From Octopus bimaculoides (lineage: Eukaryota): 49,321 nucleotides of DNA. The stretch covers positions 87,241,201 through 87,290,521 of the forward strand of contig NC_068981.1 of the NCBI RefSeq assembly GCF_001194135.2, given 5' to 3'. Below, one piece after another: positions 14,229 to 27,227 of the stretch. Position 1 is the first letter of the stretch, and each line of letters opens with the position of its first letter. The position numbers were made by a program, and so were the translations under genes. Below the pieces are notes generated by a model. It was not told the origin of the DNA and searched no databases. It worked only from the letters and a program-made list of their open reading frames with translations.

Positions 14229-16089
14229 TGCAGGCAGTGACCTGAATAATAATAATAATAATGATAATAATAACATCAAAAAATACCTTAGGAATGAGAA
14301 CCCAGGTTCGAAATTTCCTCAAATGTAAATATTGTACGTAATATATTTTACTCATGAGTATTAATCACACGTATTTCTAGGTTCATGTGAAGCAAGGGCG
14401 ATATCTGCTTGTTTATAAAAATATTAATGGGTATCGAAGGATACAAACATTCTTCGACACGGTATTGTCTGTCATCTTTTCTATCATCATTATAACGACA
14501 ACTGCTCCTTAAAAATGCTGGTTCGACACCATCTTAAGCATACTTTCCGTGTTCATCTGACCTCCTCTACGTGTAACCCAAACTGCTAACCCAGATCCTA
14601 GACGATATCGATAATTACAACTTATTAATGTTTGAAAATTTAGACATATGCAGCAGATAAAGTAGTATTTCCATTCAACCCTATTTATCAATTGTATAAA
14701 TTAAATGGTAGTTTTGAATTTAAATAGCTTTGTATAATTCTTTTACTACCTTTTCGCTACTTCATCCCCTTACAACGCGATATCACATTAAGAAAGTTAA
14801 CAAGTTTATATAAGAAACAATATTGAGACAGCCCGTGAAATTATTATTTCCTTCTGGCACTCCGTCGGTTACGACGACGAGGTTTCCAGCTGATCCAATC
14901 AACGGAACAGCTCATGAAATTAATGTTCAAGTAGCTGAGCAATCCACAGACACACACGTACCCTTAACGTAGTTCTCTGGGAGAGTCAGCGTGACAGGAA
15001 TAGCCCTTTAAAATACAGGTACTACTCATTTTTGCCAGATAAGTAAACAGAAGCACCGTGAAATAAAGTGTCTTGCTCCAAGACAAAGCGCCACCGGATA
15101 TCGAATTCATGACCTTATAATTGTAAGCCACTTAACCACTGAAGTCATTATTTAAAGATATTATTAATCAAAAGTGGAGGCGCAATGGCCCAGTGGTTAG
15201 GGCAGCAGACTCGCGGTCATAGGATCGCGGTTTCGATTCCCAGACCGGGCGTTGTGAGTGTTTATTGAGCGAAAACACCTAAAGTTCCACGAAACTCCGG
15301 CAGGGGATGGTGGTGAACCCTGCTGTACCCTTTCACCACAACTTTCTCTCACTCTTTCTTCTTGTTTCTGTTGTGCCTGTAATTCAAAGGGTCGGCTTTG
15401 TCACACTGTGTCACGCTGAATATCTCCGAGAACTACGTTAAGGGTACACGTGTCTGTGGAGTGCTCAGCCACTTGCACGTTAANNNNNNNNNNNNNNNNN
15501 NNNNNNNNNNNNNNNNNNNNNNNNNNNNNNNNNNNNNNNNNNNNNNNNNNNNNNNNNNNNNNNNNNNNNNNNNNNNNNNNNNNNNNNNNNNNNNNNNNNN
15601 NNNNNNNNNNNNNNNNNNNNNNNNNNNNNNNNNNNNNNNNNNNNNNNNNNNNNNNNNNNNNNNNNNNNNNNNNNNNNNNNNNNNNNNNNNNNNNNNNNNN
15701 NNNNNNNNNNNNNNNNNNNNNNNNNNNNNNNNNNNNNNNNNNNNNNNNNNNNNNNNNNNNNNNNNNNNNNNNNNNNNNNNNNNNNNNNNNNNNNNNNNNN
15801 NNNNNNNNNNNNNNNNNNNNNNNNNNNNNNNNNNNNNNNNNNNNNNNNNNNNNNNNNNNNNNNNNNNNNNNNNNNNNNNNNNNNNNNNNNNNNNNNNNNN
15901 NNNNNNNNNNNNNNNNNNNNNNNNNNNNNNNNNNNNNNNNNNNNNNNNNNNNNNNNNNNNNNNNNNNNNNNNNNNNNNNNNNNNNNNNNNNNNNNNNNNN
16001 NNNNNNNNNNNNNNNNNNNNNNNNNNNNNNNNNNNNNNNNNNNNNNNNNNNNNNNNNNNNNNNTCTCTCTCTCTCTCCCTTTCTCTCTC

Positions 16090-16136
<47 letters not shown>

Positions 16137-17442
16137 ACGTGTGCATATATATGTATGTGTGTATAATATCTGTATACACACACACAAATATATAAAACTG
16201 AAGAAATTGGAGTCAAGAAGTAGTACGGTTGGACAGTCCAACCGTACTCCATCTTGTTGACATTGGTACACGTATATGCGTGCGCATACATACATTTATG
16301 GATGCGCATAGGCATGCACGTTTATGTATATGTGTATGTATATGCGTATGTATATACGCATGTTCGCACATGTATATATGCGTACGTGCGCGCGTACGTA
16401 TGTCATTATACCTTCTTTCCTCCTCTCTGATTCCTACCTATCACACTAACCTATCACATAAGTCTATTTATAGAAATTTGATGTCCTTGTATTCTTCCCT
16501 CCACTTTAAATTTTACTACTAAAACTACTACTCACTTTGATATCACCCTACCCATACCTTACCTCTACCATCCCTTAATACAGCCCTATATCACCCCTAC
16601 TCACATATTTCAAACTTATTCACTCCTTGCCTTCTCATCTCTTCCTGTCCACCCTCCCCCACTCCTCCTCTCACATTATCTTAACCAACTAACACTCCTT
16701 TTCTCATTTCTTTCACCCCTTCTTCACTGTTCTTTCTTTTTTTTACTCTTTTCATTTTTCTTCTCGCTTCTTTTCTATCTTTTAATTATTTTTTGTCTTT
16801 TTTCTTTTTTACTCTCTTTCTTCCTCTCATTTTCTCTTCCTGTCTTCATTTTGACCTATCTCCTCATTCTAATCATACACAACTCTCTCCCCCCCCCCCA
16901 CCATCTATCCACAAATACTACCAATACATTCGCAAATGTTCATTCACACCACAAAACCCCTTCGAATGAGCAACACAGAATCTACGGCTCCATACTTAGA
17001 AATGATTAAACATAAACTACTATTGGAACTTACATACTTTGTACAGCAAACTATTTTACCACTTCTATACACCACTTTACTTGAATAATGAAACTGCAAC
17101 TACAATGTTTTATATTTTACTTCTACCTTCATTCTCTTATTTCCCTCAATATTCCCTATCTCTTCCTTTTCCACAATAATTCCTTATTTCGAACTCAAAC
17201 ATTTACCTCTATTTAACTGTTTCATATCGTCTCTGATGAAGGGATATCCATAATATCCCAGAATCAGCTGTAAGACTCTATCTATATCTCTTTCCTTATA
17301 AATGTCCTGAAAACTCCTCACAGCTTTGGCTTTATCTCTTTTTGTCTAATATATATACATGATAATACAAGATCCACATCAAACTCCTCACTCGTATCAC
17401 CATCGAACCAAGAGTTTAACTACGGTTTGTCCATAGCACTTA

Positions 17443-17479
<37 letters not shown>

Positions 17480-18466
17480 NNNNNNNNNNNNNNNNNNNNN
17501 NNNNNNNNNNNNNNNNNNNNNNNNNNNNNNNNNNNNNNNNNNNNNNNNNNNNNNNNNNNNNNNNNNNNNNNNNNNNNNNNNNNNNNNNNNNNNNNNNNNN
17601 NNNNNNNNNNNNNNNNNNNNNNNNNNNNNNNNNNNNNNNNNNNNNNNNNNNNNNNNNNNNNNNNNNNNNNNNNNNNNNNNNNNNNNNNNNNNNNNNNNNN
17701 NNNNNNNNNNNNNNNNNNNNNNNNNNNNNNNNNNNNNNNNNNNNNNNNNNNNNNNNNNNNNNNNNNNNNNNNNNNNNNNNNNNNNNNNNNNNNNNNNNNN
17801 NNNNNNNNNNNNNNNNNNNNNNNNNNNNNNNNNNNNNNNNNNNNNNNNNNNNNNNNNNNNNNNNNNNNNNNNNNNNNNNNNNNNNNNNNNNNNNNNNNNN
17901 NNNNNNNNNNNNNNNNNNNNNNNNNNNNNNNNNNNNNNNNNNNNNNNNNNNNNNNNNNNNNNNNNNNNNNNNNNNNNNNNNNNNNNNNNNNNNNNNNNNN
18001 NNNNNNNNNNNNNNNNNNNNNNNNNNNNNNNNNNNNNNNNNNNNNNNNNNNNNNNNNNNNNNNNNNNNNNNNNNNNNNNNNNNNNNNNNNNNNNNNNNNN
18101 NNNNNNNNNNNNNNNNNNNNNNNNNNNNNNNNNNNNNNNNNNNNNNNNNNNNNNNNNNNNNNNNNNNNNNNNNNNNNNNNNNNNNNNNNNNNNNNNNNNN
18201 NNNNNNNNNNNNNNNNNNNNNNNNNNNNNNNNNNNNNNNNNNNNNNNNNNNNNNNNNNNNNNNNNNNNNNNNNNNNNNNNNNNNNNNNNNNNNNNNNNNN
18301 NNNNNNNNNNNNNNNNNNNNNNNNNNNNNNNNNNNNNNNNNNNNNNNNNNNNNNNNNNNNNNNNNNNNNNNNNNNNNNNNNNNNNNNNNNNNNNNNNNNN
18401 NNNNNNNNNNNNNNNNNNNNNNNNNNNNNNNNNNNNNNNNNNNNNNNNNNNNNNNNNNNNNNNNNN

Positions 18467-18501
<35 letters not shown>

Positions 18502-21245
18502 CAAATTTAGGATTTTACCGATAGAACCGCAACTCCTATTTCAGGATAACGTTATTGTATGGAATACACATGGAAAGTGATATCCAATAAAATAAGATAA
18601 GTTTTAAAAAACCTACTATAAAATAAAATTATTTGAAAATATATATAACTTACCTGTTATTAGTCTGTGGGGGAAAGAAGCTATTTCTAATCAACGCTAC
18701 GTGTGTTTCGGCGCTGGTGGAGTGTTTATCAAGGCTATACCTAATACATAAATCCACCAGTGCGTCCTCAGGATATAAGAAGTATGAGAATATATGCTAT
18801 TATTTATATTGGTATGATAGTAATTGAGGTTGTAGCAAGAGATATAAATAGTATTGGTATGTTAAGGTATTGTTTAGCTATTATATGCAAATATAATCAT
18901 TGTTAAATAGGTGACTTAGTGGAAAATAAATTTATAGATAGTGTTGTCTAAATGTCATTTCACTGGAAGAGTGGAAGTTCAAATGTCATGGGAGTAAAAC
19001 CGAAACATTTATTTAGTGGGCAGGTAGTATCTACTGAATATATTGTTTTTAATTGAAGGAATGTATGGGTTTTTTTACCTAAATGTAATCCATATGATGT
19101 TAAGCTAACACTGCGAGATATTTCTTATTGATATCTGATAAAATTTACAAGTTTTATAAAAATGGTGTCGGCATGTAGATAATGCTTCAGACTGACGATA
19201 AGGTAAATTATGCTGTTTGTATAATAAAATATATAATGATTCTCTAACACATAATCTACAGTGAGATGATTTATGGCTATATGGAATTGCTGTATCGATA
19301 ATAGACCAGGATAATTCGAAATTTATATTTCTTTGCTTAAGGTTATGTATATATGCAGCCAACGATGTAGTATTGTTGGGAGTGCTAGATTTAAAAGAAT
19401 TTATATGCGCTAAAAATCTTTGCTTAAAATTGATTGAGCTTCCTGTATATACTTTACTATGTTTACTAGCATTACTACTGACTTTACATTTATATATTAC
19501 ATTGAATCTTTGGTATTTACCTTCTAAAGGACATAAAGTTTTATTCATACATGTGCAGTTTTTTTGTTGTGCGGTTAGTATTAGGTTGATTGTTACTCTG
19601 GTGTTCAACTATAGAAGACTTAAAGCAATTAGATGTCGATATATTGGAGTTTACTCTATTAGAGTTATTCGTTATGGGGTGTGGTGCTATAGTTTGAGGT
19701 GTACAGTTATTTATATTATTATTAGAGTTATATTGGAAGTCTGTGGAAGTTCTAGGGTTGCTATGGATTCCAGTATTATTGTTATTACTGTTAGTATTAG
19801 ATATCAGGCAAGATTTATACCTATTAATTTTCCGATTATTAGAGCTAGCAATAACCGGTCCGATGTTGGGCAATGTAGAGAAAGATATTTTAATAGTTGA
19901 TCTATTAAATATATGATGATATTTATGATGGGTAGGAAAGCTATTTTTAGCAATATTCAGAAATTTTTTGAAAGTCCCTTAACGTTAATAGAAAATGGAG
20001 GTGTATACCAGATAAATTTTCTACTACCACTCCTGTAAGGTAATTTATTATGGGTGCTAATTATTTTTGGAGACTGTATGATATTTCTAAAGTATTTTTT
20101 ACTATTATCAGTTCGATGTATGTTATGATGTTTATTAGGTTTTCTATACGTTTGATCTTTATATATTGGATAAGTAGTGTTATTGGTGATATTTTTAGTT
20201 GTATGGGGTATGCTGATTTGGGGCATAGGTTTGTTATGTTCCATTTGTAATGAGCAATTCTTAAGTTTAGTATTATTTATATATTTAATATGTTGGGAGA
20301 ATCCATTAGCGGCTAAACCTTGATTGTAATAAGTAGCATGATTATTAAAGATTTCTTCGCTAGAAGAAAGGTCAGATATTCTAATAGATATACTATTTAC
20401 AATGCTATTTAATAAAGATCTGTGGTGGTTTGAATGAATGCTTGTATATTTAGGTTTATGAAAAGAGGAATATGTAGAAGTATTAAGATCCAGGGTAAAT
20501 GCCCCAAAAATTTGCTTTACTAAAGCTTTCTTCAAAAGAAATGGATAAGCCAAAATTGGCGAAGAATTTATGGAGTTCTCTTGTTTTTCCTATTTTTCGT
20601 TTGGAGCGGCTGTCATATACCAGAAAGCGTCATCACGATATAACCCAGCTTTGAGAGAAGGAAAATATTCACGTATCCTATACAAAAGATATAAACTCAC
20701 CAATGAGTAATTTGTGCGGAATCTGATGATCCCATAAAGATATCGAAGAAATTATTATTTGAAGCATGGCACCATAGTTTATCATTAGATTTAATAAGTG
20801 CCTTTATTATTATAATTGTTCCTTATTAATATTCCTTAAATCAGAAACTATATATTCATTAGATACTACCTGCCCACTAAATAAATGTTTCGGTTTTACT
20901 TTCATGACATTTGAACTTCTATTCTTCCAATGAATAATTACTTTACATTTAGACTCTATCCATAAATTTATTCTCCATTAAGTCACCTATTTAATAATAA
21001 TTATATTTGCATATAATAGCTAAACAATACCTTAACACATCAATACTATTTATACCTCTTGCTACTACCTCAATTATCATCATACCAATATAAATAATAG
21101 CACATACTCTCATACTTTTTATATCTATTGTTAACATTTACAATTACTATGAAAAAATTATACTGGATTAAACAGTGGAACTAGTGAAAGATTGGATGTG
21201 TTCATCCCTATTTTCCTTGTATTGGATTTAATTTAAAATATTACT

Positions 21246-21317
<72 letters not shown>

Positions 21318-21958
21318 NNNNNNNNNNNNNNNNNNNNNNNNNNNNNNNNNNNNNNNNNNNNNNNNNNNNNNNNNNNNNNNNNNNNNNNNNNNNNNNNNNN
21401 NNNNNNNNNNNNNNNNNNNNNNNNNNNNNNNNNNNNNNNNNNNNNNNNNNNNNNNNNNNNNNNNNNNNNNNNNNNNNNNNNNNNNNNNNNNNNNNNNNNN
21501 NNNNNNNNNNNNNNNNNNNNNNNNNNNNNNNNNNNNNNNNNNNNNNNNNNNNNNNNNNNNNNNNNNNNNNNNNNNNNNNNNNNNNNNNNNNNNNNNNNNN
21601 NNNNNNNNNNNNNNNNNNNNNNNNNNNNNNNNNNNNNNNNNNNNNNNNNNNNNNNNNNNNNNNNNNNNNNNNNNNNNNNNNNNNNNNNNNNNNNNNNNNN
21701 NNNNNNNNNNNNNNNNNNNNNNNNNNNNNNNNNNNNNNNNNNNNNNNNNNNNNNNNNNNNNNNNNNNNNNNNNNNNNNNNNNNNNNNNNNNNNNNNNNNN
21801 NNNNNNNNNNNNNNNNNNNNNNNNNNNNNNNNNNNNNNNNNNNNNNNNNNNNNNNNNNNNNNNNNNNNNNNNNNNNNNNNNNNNNNNNNNNNNNNNNNNN
21901 NNNNNNNNNNNNNNNNNNNNNNNNNNNNNNNNNNNNNNNNNNNNNNNNNNNNNNNNNN

Positions 21959-21992
<34 letters not shown>

Positions 21993-22700
21993 GTGTGTGT
22001 ATGTGTGTATTATGTATGTCTTTTCGGCTTTTCCCCCTGTCGTATCAAATACAATCGTAGAAATAAATGCCTTATACAAATGCTTTTGTATCTATGTTCG
22101 TTACATAATTCATATGTAGGAACTGTGTTATAAAGTATGCTTGTATATTGTGGTTTCTCTTTGAATATATTGTTACTGAAAGTGGTTTACTGCATTGTAT
22201 TTTCGTTAAGCTAAGAATGTGACTCAAATTGAGATTTGCTGAATAAAGAGCTCCGTTCAAAACAGAAATCCTGCTAATGCTACGGAGATCGAAGCACGTC
22301 TAACTTTAAGCTACAAAAGTTACAAAATTAGTGTAAATTATGTAAACTGCAATGGCTAATAATTACAGGCTATTTAGGTAGCAATAGATTATGGCTTGTA
22401 ACAGTTGTATATATTGCTATGGTTTGTGACTGTAAACTACGCCAGATGGCTAACAGTGTTTGTGGCTAGTCACTGTATTAGCAATACATCCGGTCGATGT
22501 CTCCTATTCCATACTAGATGCGTGAACTGTGAAGCAGCTGGGGTTAGCAGTTGACTGGTGTAATAGTTGCTGTACTATTGCTGGTGAAAACTCTGAAATG
22601 CAAACGACTTACTCCACTGGCAACATGACATATGTACTGTGTGTGTATGCATATATGTATGTATGCACACACATGTACGTTAGTACGTCGTATATATATG

Positions 22701-22734
<34 letters not shown>

Positions 22735-23927
22735 NNNNNNNNNNNNNNNNNNNNNNNNNNNNNNNNNNNNNNNNNNNNNNNNNNNNNNNNNNNNNNNNNN
22801 NNNNNNNNNNNNNNNNNNNNNNNNNNNNNNNNNNNNNNNNNNNNNNNNNNNNNNNNNNNNNNNNNNNNNNNNNNNNTATATATATGAACAAATAACAATA
22901 GATGGATTGTGGTTCACTATAGCTGTTTCAGACGTGTTTTTATTAATGAACAGAAGTGTTACATCATGCAAAAAAATTAAATGTTTTCATCAGGTGAATA
23001 TATGTAAGAGTTATACATTTTGAACATCTCAAGAACAAGTACAAAGTGCTATTTGACTCTATTGACCCAAATTCGGTCAGAGAGGGAAGACTCTACGCTA
23101 GCATCAAGTTTATAAAGAGGAACTCGTAAGAGCCTGGATGGGACAGGGGAGTGGATGGGGAAATACAGTGGAAGGAGAAATGGCGAAGGGAGGAGAGATA
23201 ATTAAAAGTGTTAAGATCCACACTTGACTTCGTAAAGAGTTATAAATAAGTTATTGTTAGTTAGTTGACTGGGCCTTCAGAATAGGTGCAATAAAAAGCA
23301 GTCTCAAGACCCTGTCAACTAACAATAACCTTATAGCAATTTACGAGGTCAAATGTGATCATACACTTTTCCTTATCTCTCCTCTCTTCACCATTTCTCC
23401 TTCCACTGTACTTCTCCATCCACTCCTCTGTCCTCTTACGAGTTCTTCCTTATAAACTTGATGCGAGCGTAGAGTCTTCACTCCCTGGCCGAATTTGGGT
23501 CAGTAGCGTCAAATGGCACTTTGAGCTTGTTCTTGGGATGTTCAAAATGTTTAATTCTTACATGTATTCACCTGGTGAAAATATTTCTGTTCACCAATAA
23601 AACATACGTCCGAAACAACTGTAGTGAACCACAATCCATCTGTTGTTATTTATTTATCATTCACCAAACTCGGAACCTGCAATTTGTTTCAGGCTAGAGC
23701 CTATTGAGTGTGGTTCAATAGATGCAATGAGTGTACCCATGTGTGACCTTGACGACTCGTTGTGTGCTTACTCGGCCATTTGTGATTGTACGCACAAGCA
23801 GAGTACAAATCCGTGTTTATTTTAGTAAATAGTATTTGTCCTTAAATATTGTTTGTACACGATAATGCTATCACCGACCTGATCTTGGTGTTTTACCAGT
23901 CAAATAACTGATTCTCTTGAATCCTGG

Positions 23928-23988
<61 letters not shown>

Positions 23989-26900
23989 CTGGAAATAGTG
24001 GTAGCTTTTAAAAATAATTTTATAGCATAATCTTCGATAAAACTTTAATAAAACGAAATATTACTTACAATAAGCACATCGGCAACACTGTAGTTATCTT
24101 CACGAATGATCTTAGCAGCATACCAAAATCCTAAGGCATAGTAACCAAAGATGGAGAACCAAAAAAAACCAGTTGCTACACCTGTTACAAAGCCTTTTTT
24201 GACACTTGCTTTCTTCGCTATATCTAGCAATTTTTCATATCTGAAAATTTTCAATTAAATACATTCAGTATGTTAAAAATTCATTTCCTATAATTTATTG
24301 AAGAACCAGAAATTTTTTTAAATCGTAAAAATTGACTGTAGGTGAATTGTTAACATCCCGTTATTGATTAATCTATAATCAATTTTTATATATTGATTCT
24401 GTTACCAACTCTTCCATATATTTCAATGAAACTGACATATGAATCATCTTAATCTGCATTTGCCTGCTACGTAACATCACTGATATACTCCTTGAAACGA
24501 TTGACTTTTTGTTGCTCTCTTTTAGTCGCATTTAAGGTTGTATTTGAATGTCGTAAAAAAAAACATGAAGTACGTTTGTATCTCTGTCGGAAAATAAATG
24601 CAGAAATAACCACATGAAGCACGATAACAATGTAGCAACTTCAACAAATCTGCAAATAACTATGTCGCATAAATTAAATATGTACCCCCAGCTGGACGTG
24701 GAGGCGCAATGGCCCAGTGGTTAGGGCAGCGGACTCGCGGTCATAGGATCGCGGTTTCGATTCCCAGACCGGGTATTGTGAGTGTTTATTGAGCGAAAAC
24801 ACCTAAAGCTTCACGCGGCTCCGGCAGGGGATGGTGGCAAACCCTGCTGTACTCTTCCACCACAACTTTCTCTCTCACTCTTACTTCCTGTTTCTATTGT
24901 ACCTGTAATTCAAAGGGCCAGCCTTGTCACACTGTGTCACACTGAATATCCCCGAGAACTACGTTAAGGGTACACGTGTCTGTGGAGTGCTCAGCCACTT
25001 GTACGTTAATTTCACGAGCAGGCTGTTCCGTTGATAGGATCGACTGGAACCCTCGACGGAGTGCCAACGCACACACACCACAGCTGGTTATACAATGTCC
25101 CTATTGTCAAATTAAAGTTTCCAGAAAAGACATGACAATCACAAGAGATAGTTTCAAAAAAAAAATATATAACTGTGGATGAACAAAAACATAAAAGTGA
25201 TAAATTTCAGAAAAAAACTTACTATTCATCTCAATCCGCAATATAATTTAATAGAATATAACTACTATGCTATTTATGTGTCATAAGTAACTTTAGAAGT
25301 AGAAAACAATAAACAACCTCTAACTTAGTATGTGGATGACATCGACTTGTACACTGCAGATGACTAACAACTGAAAAAATACTTTTATATACAGTAGAGT
25401 AATATGATATTTCGACTAAAACGAAACTGAACCACAACAATCGTGAAGAGGTAAGAGCCCTTGAAAAGAAAATTCAAAAGATAAAATTATGTTAAAGAAA
25501 TAGAGATGACAGAATTAGATCAAAGTTCACAAATATTAATTAACCCGAGTACAAATGCACACACACACATACACACACACGTACACGTACGCGCGCGCAC
25601 TCACACACACAAGAATATTAAGAAGGAATCACATTACGCTAATACCTAAACAAGAGACAAATTTGGAAAAGTAAGATAAACGGAATCACCAATTTAACTA
25701 TCCCAGTAATACTTTTTACAATATTTTCAACAATTCCATAACTATATTAGCAAGATTAGACAGCGACACAAGAAAAATAATGGCACCACCCAAAATTTGA
25801 CATCATAAAAAAGTTTATGTTTACCATGACTGCTTGAAAATATAGGTCTCATGCAACAGGAAAACTACAAACATCCAAACATACCAGACCGTATTCAGAA
25901 GGGGCTATCTGACAAACAGCCAAAAAGTTGCGTGCCAGGGTGTTCCACTTCATTATGGTGTTTGGAATTTATAGTAGTGTGTTTATTGAAACTCTTATCC
26001 ATATAACTATTGGGATGATTGGAAAAATCATTGTTAATTTTGTTGTACTTAATTTGATATTTATAACCAGCTTTCCTAAGAGCCAAATTGTAATAGTCTT
26101 TATGCTTATTAAAAATTTGTTCATTAGAAGATATTCTATATTCAATGTTATAAGGTATGCTATCAAGAATATTAGAAGGATGATTACTCTACGCATGTAT
26201 ATAAGTAATATGGTTATTGGGTTTATGGTATAGTTGGTAAAATGATGTAGTGAGGTTAAAACTTGCATCCATGAAATTCACTGAAGTGTGATCCTGCTCA
26301 ATGGTGATAGTCAGTCCATGGCTTTTGAAAAAATTATGTAATCTCTTCTGATATATATCAATTTTACGGTTGGAAGCATTTCGAACTACAAACAGAGCAT
26401 CATCCCTATAGAAACCACTTGCAGATTCCGGGAGTTCTTCATAGAGTAGATGTAATAAATAAATCCCAACTAAGTCTGTGACTTCGGCTGCATCTTGCGC
26501 GCCCATTGGTATATCAAAGCAATCTGGTATGTCCTTCCTAGTCCAAAATTTTCCTTGATGGCAAATTATGGTCTTCCTCGCCTCAAGTATAACTTTGATT
26601 TCATTCACGAATAAGTTAGTTCTACTCTTTGCGAAAATAAGATCCTTATTAAGTAGAATAGAACTAATCGATTGATAATAACTATCAATGTCAAACTGGA
26701 TAAATTTAGATTTCTTCTTATCACTTAAGCATTGAAACCATGTCTAACTCTCTGTGGCTTTTTATATTAATGAACGTGTTGTTTATATCTGCTAGACAGA
26801 CGTGTTTTTGTTTACATTATGTTTCGTCTCGATCTTTTACTAATTTTTAAATATATCCGTTTGACTATTTTTGCACAAGTAGACTTGCATGCACATTGAT

Positions 26901-27092
26901 ATGTCTTTCTTTTTCGCCTATTTTATTATTATTTTCCCTTTTAAAACTTGTTTGTAGATAACTGGTTTAATTTTTCCCTATTACCCCATCTGTTTTTCCT
27001 TATTGAAATTTATTAATAACTTTTTTTATGTTTTTCCCTAAAAATTCTTCACACTGATGAGAATGACAATGCATAACTCTTATTATTATTAT

Positions 27093-27159
<67 letters not shown>

Positions 27160-27169
27160 NNNNNNNNNN

Positions 27170-27227
<58 letters not shown>

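Noticed and set aside
22072-22290. [11 protein letters not shown], faint resemblance to ABCB1 TM6
   Set aside because: Acceptor phase does not fit; no GQA/IID motifs or donor at 114 nt.
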